From Klebsormidium nitens (lineage: Eukaryota; Plantae; Klebsormidiophyceae), in NCBI GenBank assembly GCA_000708835.1, contig DF237354.1, positions 1 to 64,000 on the forward strand: DNA of 64,000 nt, in the 5' to 3' direction. Below the pieces are notes generated by a model, which was not told where the DNA came from, did no database searches, and saw only the letters and a list, made by a program, of their open reading frames with translations. Shown here one piece after another: positions 12,601-23,712 of this stretch. The position numbers and the translations under genes were made by a program. Within the stretch, counting starts at the first letter, position 1. Every line of letters starts with the position of its first letter.

Positions 12601-13497
12601 ACGCAGCTCTTTTGATAGTATGTTGCTTTGGGTCCAGAGAACAGGTTTGGGGCCAACACTGGGTCAGTCGAGCATTCGAAAAGGTTGGTTCCGGTGCAGA
12701 TGACGAAGGCCGGACGGCACTCCATTGGGCAGCGGACGGGGGGCGCCTCGAGATGGTCAAGCTGCTGCTAGAACGGGGGGCCAACCCGAACGCGAAAGTG
12801 AGCCCAAATCTGCCTCCCCTCAGTGCATTTATAAATCCAGATGACGAAATTCGCTATCGAGCTCATGTCGTATTGTTCAATGTCTGGCTGGCTCGTCCTT
12901 CCAGTTTGAGTCTTTGGCACCACATGTTCGGTCACGTCTTTAGTTGAGCTGCGTTCAGAATGCTGGACGCTATGTGTGATTCAAGCAGGAACGTGGAAGC
13001 TCTACTGAGGTGGTCGAAGATCCTCAATCGAATGGGCATTTTCCTGATGAGCCGCCAGGGAGCCGCTTGGTCGCAGCGACTGATCGTCCGGACTCTTCCG
13101 AAGCCCGCCCAATATAGCACTGCTTGGTCTTTCGTCCTTTTCTGGAACCGAAACCCTCTTGTCCCTTTCTGGACCCGAAATTCCTGGGTATCACCTTCTT
13201 TTGTTAGGATCAGAAGGGTGCTCGGAATTGTTGGGCACAGGAGGCAATTAGACCGAACCACACTACAGAAAACAAAGACTTGGTCTTTGAAGACTTAGTG
13301 CACTGAGCTTGTTATCTTCTCTTTGGCAGGACAATGACGGTGCAACTCCGCTGCATTACGCAGCGACGTGCGATTTCGAGGCAGTTGCCGCAGAGCTCCT
13401 GAAAGCTGGTGCGGACTCCCACGTGGCAGATGCGGACGGCAGCACGCCGTACGAATTGAAGCCGAAGTCGTGGCAGTGGCCACAGCGTACCACGTGA
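9678..13497 (+). CDS. ACBP: Class II acyl-CoA-binding protein (N-terminal TM anchor + ACB domain + ankyrin repeats)
   Basis: Exons 9678-9836, 10144-10466, 10996-11107, 11706-11797, 12058-12149, 12700-12797, 13330-13497; phases are consistent. TM segment GLLLAVLFAWMLWKLLDIVTTFKQEQLSV resembles the plant ACBP1/2 N-terminus. ACB motifs LQLYGLFKQAT, RAKWDAW, EEAMARY. Ankyrin motifs EGRTALHWAAD and DGATPLHYAA. The exon-1 donor (GAG|GTGGAG) is the weakest junction. Confidence 0.9.
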
Positions 13498-14822
13498 CCA
13501 AAAATTGAGTTGGCTGGTAATAATATTGGTTAACACTTGTAACCTGCCTGCACGGGCGGCGTGCGGTGTACTCTTTGGGTCGTCTTGACCGTGCTGGTCA
13601 AGGAGCGGGTTAGAAACTAGGACGAACGTGATGGGCGAATAAGTCTTCACAACCGTGCAGCCTTGAATGGGCGAGTCCCGTGTGTCTAAAACGAATGTTG
13701 AACAAGCTGTAACTACGATGGTCATGCAGTTTGGCAAAGAGTTTGGATTATTGGAGGTATTACAGCAGGATTCACTGGACCATTAGAGGAGTCATTTAGG
13801 AGCTGGCGAGCAACACTTACGCTGCACAAGCTTGCCACTCATAAGATGCCTTAGAGCTTGCCTTGAACCTGAGAACTTGGATCGACAGCTTTTTTGGGGA
13901 AGACTGGCATATGCAGCTAGGCTATAGCTTGAACCTTTTCAACACAAAAGCGCGCCTTATTGGGACGGTGTGGCGACATGGCAGCTAGGTTGCCTCCAAT
14001 CAGGCACACTTGTCAGTACGGGCATGTAGTACCACGATAAAAAGTGTCGATATGAAGTCTATGTTGTCTATCATGCAAGGGTGCGGCGTACGGCATGTGG
14101 TACGGTACTCGATATGCAGATTGATTCGACGCTAGACATCTAAACACGTAATCTACAGTGCATGATATCAGGTCTCTCATGCGGGCTGCAGGTACTTAGT
14201 GATGCTCGGGTGCTCGACTCAGTGCATGTTAATTAGGCGAACGGTCGTGTGCACAGACGTAATATATATTGAGCTAAGTGAACATATATATACAAGTCGG
14301 TGAACACCATGAAATATACCTTAATGATGTCATGCTATCAATCGAGAGGCCCGTATATACAGTGCATGAATACCGAGGCCGCGGTATCTGCAGCCTGGCG
14401 CACAGTCGATCGATTTATCCAAGAGCGGCCGCACATATACAGATACAGCTGGCGGCGGCTTGATTCTCGAAATGTAAACGATTGGACTTTTTTAGATTTT
14501 TCAGTACACCGGAGTCTAGCTGAATTGATTAACCGTTGAACCGTTGAACGGTTGTGATGTCGATTCCAGCATGCATGTTCGGTTAGATCCGCGCCGCCGC
14601 GTAATTCTGCCACGATTGAGGTCTGACCTTAAGCAGATCAACTTAATTAAACCGTCGTGCTTCCGAAGCTAACGTGTGTTTACATGCAGCATGCATAGCA
14701 CGGTGCATTGCCCGTGTGCATCCGAGGCTTCAACTTTGACTTTACAATACTCGGCCCTATCATGAAAGTTGCATGGACCCAGGACCGCCTGATTAGGACC
14801 AAGGGCCCCAATTCCGGACTCA

Positions 14823-16689
14823 TCAACGAACCTTCTTGACAAGGGCAACGATCCAGACCCCGCCTTTGGAAACAGAGGCCTGTGCTTGCCAACTGTAATT
14901 ACCTGTCCAATCTTTGTTTCGGGTTCGTAAGTGTGTTGCATGTGCTATACTCAGAAATCCTGAGGGCTCTTTTGCGGTGACTAGAAAGAACACGCCACCC
15001 AGTCTTAAACAACGAAGCAGCTCGAGGGCCACAGAAGCCACGTTAGATTGCCCGCATGCGCCGCACGAGATGGCATCCAGCGTCCCTTTTTCGAACGCCA
15101 CGTCGAAGCAGCCGTCTGCAGATGTTTTTCGACTGTTAAACGCATGCATGCTGTTTCGGGCATTGGGCGACTGCTTTGCTAGCTTTTCTCGTGAGGACCG
15201 CTACCTTTACTTTCTCATAAGTTCCATCCGCCTGTTGTTTCTCACCGGATCCATCCGCCAGCCTCCGATATTTACAGCAGGCTATAAGAATAATGATCGA
15301 GTTCTCCACAGTTCTGATCAGGCGCTATACACCTTAAAATGGCGGAAAACCGAAGACCATTTGTGCGCAGCGCGATCCGAATTTCCGAGTTCAATGACCA
15401 GAAATGCCCTACCATAAGACTTCAATTGAGGTCAAATGGACGCTATCGGCACCTGAGCTTGCACGAAGTCTGAGTACGCATTCGGCAGCTGACGGAACGG
15501 CTCACCAGCAAAAGGTAACCTCCGCGCGTCGACAGCAAGCTTCTCGATGCCGTTGTATCCGTTTTGGTCTTGTGCACGGAGGACCCCCCAGTCTATGTCC
15601 GTGCTAGTGATCTGAAACAACAAGAATGGAGAACTTTTTCTCGCTGTAATTCCCCAAACGTTCTTGACGCTTTAGAACCATCATCAACAGGACAGCTGAT
15701 GTAAAAGAACCAACTCAATTCACAAGAAACCGGTTTACAACCAAGAAAGGCAGGTCTGTGTCACGAATGAGAATGAGAAGCGGGACTCTTGAATCAACAA
15801 GGAGTGCTCTCATTACAACTGTAACAGTGCTATCTCTGCTAACTACGTTTTCAACTTGTGCCATCAGCTGTGTAAGGGAAGCGACTCCAAACCGATTGTC
15901 TGTAGAGCAGAATTTAACCATCACTTAGTCAAGATGAAAGCCAAGTAGCAGAACTTGAGTGGAACTTACCTGCCAGCCCCTGTTTGCAGCCAGGCGGCTC
16001 CACTCAGAGTTTCCACTCCCAATCTCTAGCGCCTGTACATACTTGTTTGACAGACACGCCTTCCGTGCTTCAGACCAGAAATCATCGAACGAGCAGCCGT
16101 ACCAATCATAAGAAACGCCCTCTTCCGCCCTATACCTTTCCTGCCAGTAACTGCGATCTGCATAGTCGCCTGGCTTTTGAGGACTGCAGGAAGGATGATG
16201 CGAGCACTCAGCGACGTGAGAACGTTCTGCCAAGTCAGGGACAGATTTCAGGTGACAAAAGGTGACTGTTGATGGTAACCTGATTCAACTTCGAAAATAA
16301 GAAGTGGGGCATAGTTTAGATTAAGTGCTTAGAAGTGGGGACAGCACATAGTCGGATATTTGATTGGAAACAGCGTCAAAGCAAGCTCAAGCGCCTGAAG
16401 AAAAACAAAAAGCGGCCCAAGAAAATGGCCGACCTGATTTTCTTGCGATGCAAAAAGTGGTGGTTTCCACTGACGCTTACACATCACATTGCCACATATT
16501 ACCAGAAGTTGGTCCGTGGTGGTACAAAGTCAACAGACCGCTGCTACAAGACCATCTCAAGCTGTCAGCTTCAACAAGAGGAAGTGCTCACATTCTGGAC
16601 AGCATTGTAGCTTGCTCCTCCCCTGCGTCTGAGAACAGGTCGCAATCGAGCAGGTAGGATGGCCCGGCATCGGGGGAGATACGCTCCAT
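14823..16689 (-). CDS. Class I SAM-dependent methyltransferase, EEF1AKMT4/METTL13-N-like
   Basis: Exons 16689-16592, 16183-15970, 15611-15520, 15132-14823 (phases 2, 0, 2). Motifs YADRSYWQERY, YDWY, LEIGSGNS (motif I), TDID and FDVAFEKGTLDA. Exon 1 is inferred from ATG, donor and phase only. Confidence 0.85.
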
Positions 16690-17360
16690 TATGGAATGTC
16701 ACTACTTGCACCTAGTAGGAAAAATCATCTATCCGGCAGCTTCCAACAACCGCGTGATTGGGCTAGCTCATATCCGGTCACAAATTGGCAATAAGAACGT
16801 TAAATTTGGTCTGCACCTCGGAACTTCTGGTTCAAGCAAGGTTTGATCTACCTATTCAATGCATGCTCCTCGGTGCTGAGATCATATCTCCTGCAGTTTC
16901 TAAATCTCAAGTCTCAGGTCCTATTTTTAGCTTCACAGCTTTCCTCACAACCGAAGTGGTGTCCAAACGCAAGCGCCCCGTCCCAAGCCCGTCCCCCCAT
17001 AAAAGCGCTGCCTAGGAAGTGCTGCACAGCTGGGTCTCATCAGTCATACTAGAGTCGGACTAGAGCGGAACCCTAATTTTGATAGACGGGTTGGATGAAA
17101 GGTTACCTCCGTAACCCAGCACATGCTGCAAGCCCCGGGCAACTTCAACCAGGCTCCTAGCACCTGATGGCAACCCAGGCCCCACCCGGTTCGTAGAAAA
17201 GGTTCGCACTGCTAACCCTTCTTTTTCGTACGTGGGCACATCCTTGACTCTTGACTCTGAGCAGCTCAATTCACATCCCTGCACGAAGGTGCGATTGAAT
17301 TTGAAGAGCTAGCATTTCAGAGCAACGCCAGGCAGGGGCAAGGGCAACCTTATCAACTCC

Positions 17361-20300
17361 ATGGAGGCCCCCTGGCTGGAAAGGCGGCCAGTGGAGGCGG
17401 AGAGACCACCCTGCAGATATGGTGCAAGTTGCTACAGGCGCCAGCCAGAGCACCGCATGCAATTCAGCCACCCGCCAGAGAATCCACCACCAGTGGAAGA
17501 CAATGCTGCTCTTTTGGACTTCAACGATGTGGACCTCATAGCAAAGCAGGCTGCGCTTCTGGCCGACTTTGAGGCCAAGAGACTCTCAGTTTCACCTGCA
17601 CAACTCAAAACACCAATTAAAAGGGGAAATGAAAGACGACTAGTTGCTCAGAATGGTTTTGTTCAGAATGGTACCCTTCCTAGGTCCCCACCAGGCTCTG
17701 CGAGCCATGGACCGAAGCTGCCACTCATGTTGATCTTGGGTGGTCCGCCAGGGAGTGGCAAGAGCACCTTTTCGGATGCGCTTGTGCGGCAGGCAGACGT
17801 GCCTTGGACCCGTGTCTGCCAGGTGAGGGTCACTTCAAATGCATCTGACATGTGGTAGTATACCATCAGTTTTCAAACCATGAAAGTGATGGCAAAAGAG
17901 AATACCATCCCCAACATTCCGAGAATTTCGAACAGGATTTCAACAGGTCTGCAATGAAGCTTTCGGAGCTTTGGACCGCATCCGGTCATCAGACACGAAC
18001 TATAACATCTCCTGGTGGTACTTTTACGTCTGATCACCACCTTTGACCCCTTTCGATCGACATGTAGGCAAGCTTCACATGATGATCAGAGCTTTTAGAG
18101 AAGCATCTGATCATGTCAGTGAGTGGTAGCCAAGCACTTCTCTACAACCGATCTTTCTTTGTATGTATCCCCCCCAATTGTGCCAGCACATGGCTGCTGG
18201 TTGCGAAAAAGATCTGCCTTAACGGCTGTCATACACGTTCACGGTGGTGCGGCTCAGGTTGAGCTCTTAGGTATGTGTAATTGTGGATTCTCAGGTCATC
18301 CCCACCTATGTAGAGGCAATATCTATGAATCAGTGAGCGTGTTGTCAAGCAAGTAGGATTCATTGGAAGGCTTAACCCGCAAAGATTGCTGTAATAAAAT
18401 GACCTAAACAAAGTCCCTCCTTCAACAGGACATCGCCGCTGGCGGCGCCAGGGGCACTCGGCAGCAGTGCCTGAAGCAGGCCAAGAACGCGCTCCTTTCT
18501 CAGCGCTGCGTGATCATCGACCGCTGCAACATTGACCGGGACCAGAGGGCCGACTTCGTTGCCCTTGCAAAGAGCATGCGCATTCCGGTGCACGCGTTGT
18601 TTCTGGACCTGCCTTTTCAGCTGGTGGTACAAAGGGCCGCTGCGAGGGTGGGGCATGAGGGGGGTGTGGAAGGGGCGATGGCAGAAGGCATCATTAGACG
18701 GTGCGTTTCCTCCTTTTCGAGTGAAAGTTTTGAGCGTGCCGAGCTCATCAGCTGGAGCAGCGGGATTGTGATACAGGGACCACACATTCAATCTGGTGGG
18801 AGTTCAGGCGTTTAGTCAAGATTCATCTGATGGTCAGTTCTCTGTGCGCCCTATAGGTGATTGTTTCCTCCAATCAGTAATCTTCCAAATATTTGCGGAC
18901 GGCTCCGACATCCGAGTTCCGGGTTGCCCCAGTAGTACTGAAACTACGATGATCTTGTGTTGCAGTTTGGTTGTTCGTCATCAGTCTGTTGGCTGGTTTT
19001 GGGTCTTCGACTCGTCCATTTCTGCATACTCAATCAGACGTCTCATAAAATAGTGGCGATTTCCTACAAAGACGTCAAAGAGCTGTGAGCTCAAGCGCAT
19101 TACAACAAGTTGTGCTCCGGGATAGAGATTCTGTGGCGAACCAGATCTCGGCCCCGGCTTCCAAACACTTGGTATCTTTCATGACCGCATCAGGTTGTTG
19201 TGTTCGTCGCGGCGAAGCAATTAGAGAAGCCGATATAGGTACATCTGCACTTCACTGCATCCCACGGCACTTCACGCAAGCATCCCTGGATGCTAACTCA
19301 ATACTCCTAACCCTTTCAGCTTCATACGCACAAAAGAGATGCCGTCCCTGCTGGAAGGCTTCACCAGTGTCCGAGTCTGCAAAACGGACATGGACGTCCA
19401 GACAGCCTTCAACGAGTACAAGACCATTGGCACGGGGGGCACTGCTCACGCTGTAAGACAGCAAGGCCCATTCTCTGACGGTGCCGTGCGAGACTTTGGA
19501 GTTCCAGAGATTGGGTCGCGACCATTTGAGGGCCAAACGGACAACCAGTCTGCAAGGGAGGGAGCGTTTGGCGCTGCCGCAAGCGCAGGCGATACGAGAC
19601 CCTTTTGGGGCGGTAGAAACGGTGGCTTCGGAGATGACGTCAGCACAGGCGGTGCAAGGGGGAGGACGGAATCCGGGTTCGGCGGGGCATCACGAAACGG
19701 CGGCTCTTATGTGGTGGACGACCCGATGGACATAGATGCCCCCGAAAGACGAGGTATCTCTGCAGAACCGGCTGAACTCTCTCATGGGGGTTCCGCCTCT
19801 GACGCGGGGAAGGTTAACGGCAAGCGAAAGATCGATGACGCCAGCAATGGCTTCAGCACGAGGGGCGGCGGGGATGGGGGCGAAAGAGCGAGCGGTGAGC
19901 CTGGCCAGGGTTTCACGAACGGGGGTGACGGGGAGAGAGTTTCTTTGGGGAACGGACGAGCTGCTCCTTCGTTTCGGGGGGGTGCAGAAAGCAGCGGCGC
20001 AGGGGGGGCTTTGGAGACCCCCGGGAAAGCGTCATCAAGCGAGGGGGCCGGTTCACACCCGGCCTGCTTCCGGCTCGCGTTTCCATCGATCTCGACGGCT
20101 GACTTCATGTTCGATCACGAGCGCGCCGCTGACGTCATCGTGGACGAGGTGTCGGCGTTTCTGGAGAGGACACGTGCCGACCTGCATTTAATGCTGGTGG
20201 ACCTGAGCGGGGAGAGCGATATCGTGCGGCGGGTGAGGGGGGCCGCAGAAAGGAAGGGACTGGATTTTGGAGCAGGGAAGAGGTTTGAGATCCGGGGGGC

Positions 20301-22950
20301 GGATATCACGAAGCTGAGGACCGGGGGGGCGCCGGAGAGCCAGGTCCTGGCAAACGCAACTAACTGGTGAGGCGCCTGGTTAAAAAAGTTACAGCCGTTT
20401 GCGTCAAACTGCGATCGGATTTCAGTCTCTCGGAGCATAGTTGCTGATCTTGAGCCGTCTAATGCCTTCGTGGTTCCAGCGCACGCTCCAATATCAGGGA
20501 CCGTGCTCGGAGAACTTGAAATCCGATGGTAAATTTGACGGGAAAAGCTGTAACAAAGGTTTCGAGCATGCAGAGTCAGTGTTCTGTGCTTATGATCCGG
20601 AAAGGGGTCCTGTTGTAGGATCAAGCTGCCTGAACGGCAGTGCTACAAGTGGCGCTCTGGGTCCTACTTCGAAGCAATAAAATGTACGAAGCCCCCGGCG
20701 AATGTCAGCAACTTGACGTGTTTGACGTCTTGTGGTGTACGCATTTGCTTGGCTTGCAAGGTTACTTCAAGAAGTGCCTCGAGCATGGCTTGCAATGAAG
20801 GTACTCGAAATAGCGTAACCAGTGTCGTTCAAGTAGGCCTTCGGTCCAGCCGTTTTTCACCTGTGCTTTTTGCAGGCGACTGAAGCCTGGGGGCGGCGGT
20901 GTGAATGCGTCCATCTACAGCGCAGCAGGGCGCGCCTTCGTGCAGGCAACAAAGGCGCAGGGGGAGTCGCTCGCCCCGGGGGCAGCTTTGCCCGTCGAAC
21001 TACCCCCTGCTTCCCCGCTGCGGAGCCAGGAGGGTGTAACCCACGTGATTCACGTGCTCGGTCCGAACATGAACCCCCAGCGCCCGAACTGTTTGAACGG
21101 CGACTATGAGGCTGGGGTAAGACTGCTCAGGCAGGCCTACCGGGCGCTTTTTGAGACTTTTTCAAGCTTGGCGAGTGGTCGGGGGTCTGAGCCGGGGGAA
21201 CGGAGAGAGGGGGCGGGAGAGAGACGGGGTGTGACGGAGGGAGAAAATCTGAGGAAAGGTTTGGGAACCGACAGAGGCTCGGAGGGGTTTGAAAGAGGGG
21301 TTAAGGAAGCGAGTTTAGAAGCAGGTCCAAGCAGAGCGGAAGCGAAAGGCAGTGCGGAGAAAGGAAAGCCGGTCAATGCCTTTGCAATCATGATGCAGTC
21401 CGCCAAGAAGCGCGAATCTAGCGGCGGGGCGAAGGGAACGGAAGACGGAAAGAAGACCAGAACGGAAGGCAACCCTGTCGCCCGGGAAAGTGCCCCGAGC
21501 GCAAAACCCGATGCGAAACCCGGCGCCAAACCCGAGGCAACTCCTTCCAGGGGGGGCGGTGGGTGGGCGGGAAAAGGGGGGTGGTCCGAAGCGCTGAGGG
21601 ACGTGGCGCTACGGCCGGACCGGCACCAAGACGAGGTTTTGGACGAGGAGGGGGGCGCTGTCGTGATCAAGGATCTATATCACAAGGTGAGAGGTTCGTT
21701 GCATTCCCCTTTCCGCCCCTATACATCGCTGTGGTTAAGCTTCTGCTGCTGCTTATGCGGGAGCTGCGAGGAGCCCGGAAAGACGATTGCCGAGTGAATA
21801 CGAATATTAAGGTGACTTTGGCGACTTTCTTTGGCAGCTCTTCCATCCATCGCACGTTGAAAGCCACCATCTGTCATTGGCGTGCGCAGGCGATTTACCG
21901 CAAAAAAAATTCTTCGTCTGCCCTTCTAGTACTGCTTCTCCGGACGTCCTCCAAGAAGCACTGAGTCACTCTTTCCCAACCTCTCGCAGGCGAAAGTGCA
22001 CTACCTGGTGTTGGCGTGTGCGGACGGTTTGGACACTCCGTACGACCTCGGACGCGAGCACCTGTCGCTGCTGGAGCAGATGGTCAAGCTGGGCCGGCGG
22101 TGGGCGGCGCGCGCGTCCGAATCGGACCCTGACCTGCGGTTTCGTTTCGGGTTCCATACGGTTAGTCTTCGTAACCCCTATCACCGCGAGGCCGACTGTT
22201 AGTTCCCGCCCAAGCTGCTCTTTTGTGTTCGGTTCCAACTGGTTCAACAAACATTCGAGGCCAGCCGTAGGCACCTTTCAAGCTGTTCCGCCATTGGGAA
22301 GCTCCTGTAGAGTTGGAACGGAGGTATAAACGTACGAAGTGCTTGGCGAAAGCCAGCATCACGCGCTCCTTGCAAAGCTGTTGCTTGAACGACTGGTCAT
22401 TTGCGGGACCCATAGCGCCATCCGCGAAAATCCGCATTCGACCTGCAACTTCGCTGGCGAAGCTTCTTGCTTCGAAGCATCGAGCATGAAACCAAACATG
22501 GGAAATGTGGTGAAGAGAGCCAACTTGCACACAGAAGCTTGAGGCAGCCAATATGGTCGCAAACACATTACGAGCTTCTGATTGTTCCACGGGGGTACTA
22601 ACTTCTTCATGTTCGTTTTGCAGGAGCCGTCGATGCGCCAAGTGCACCTACACGTGATAAGCCAGGACTTCGAGTCGGAGCACCTAAAGAATAAGAAGCA
22701 CTGGAACTCCTTTACCACGCCCTTCTTCCGGGACGCGACAGCTGTCATCGCCGAGATAGAAACGGACGGACAGCTGTCTCGACCGACCGCAGACGCTACG
22801 GATGGGTTGCTTAAAAAGGAGCTACGCTGCCACCGGTGCCGGTGTGTGCAGCCAAACATTCCGCGCTTGAAAGCGCACATCCGGGCGTGCGATGCGCCGC
22901 TTCCGGGAGAGGTGGTCAGCTCGAGTGACGTAGTAGGAACCGTCGACTGA
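17361..22950 (+). CDS. APTX: Aprataxin-like multidomain protein, ~1029 aa: PBZ zinc finger + P-loop (AAA_33/PNK-like) kinase + macro domain + HIT + C2HE-type Zn finger
   Basis: Exons 17361-17822, 18429-18700, 19320-20366, 20876-21686, 21990-22160, 22624-22950; phases are consistent. Motifs CRYGASCYRRQPEHRMQFSHP (PBZ), GPPGSGKST, IIDRCN, NATNWRLKPGGGGVNASI, HVLGPN, PSMRQVHLHVISQDF, KNKKHWNSF and CHRC...LKAHI. Confidence 0.93.
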
Positions 22951-23712
22951 TGTAAAGCAGGGCTGTTAGGGTATCAAGGCCGCTCAGGGATATTGAAACA
23001 ACGTGCAACTGATAATCATAAGTCTCTGCATCCGTCGGGAGATTGACAAACTGCAGGCCTAGTCAAACACCAGGCAGCCATGCAGGCAGCTGCAGCTAGC
23101 CTGAATATTGAAATGATCCACATTATATTGTATTAAAACTGTTGTCTTCCTCAGGCTAGCTAAATTCACGGTGGTCTGCGATCAGTTGTGTACGGTATCC
23201 GCCGTTTTGCACCGCGGAGGCCGCCTGGCTGGACTCATCATCTGTACTTTGACACGCTGCCCTCTGGCACTGCATCTGGCATGAATAGAAGCAATATTCT
23301 ATGTCCAATTGCCACATGCATGGTGCGCAACGCATGCAGCTGCCGTGATCGATCATGGACGGTGGATGATAATTGGCGCATGCTATATGTCAGTGCCACA
23401 GCCGAAAGCTTGAGCTAGCTGAGGAGTCCGTATACGTAGCTCTGACTTATTGGCTCGTGACAGAATTATTACCGGTGCATGTTGAACGGTCAGCATTTCT
23501 TGAAAGATACGGTATAAGAACAACCTGAAGTCAGCGATCCGACGATTGAGAGATCTCAGACTACCTAAACTCATCTTTGACGTCTGAACTAGAGCTCGAT
23601 TCTAATCAGCCGCTCTACGCCTCTAGTCCTACAAAGAATCAAGGAATCGCGAGCCGGCTTTTCCTCTGAGAAGTGAGTAGCAGGACAGACATATTACCTT
23701 TGACCTGACAGT

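Noticed and set aside
19446-21670. Long antisense ORFs over APTX, and similar ones over Kir, AER and FUT exons
   Set aside because: Shadow ORFs of GC-rich sense exons, with no independent motifs.
22624-22670. HIT motif reading QVHLH instead of HxHxH
   Set aside because: The first His is commonly replaced in plant and fungal aprataxins and the catalytic His is intact; not a sign of inactivation.
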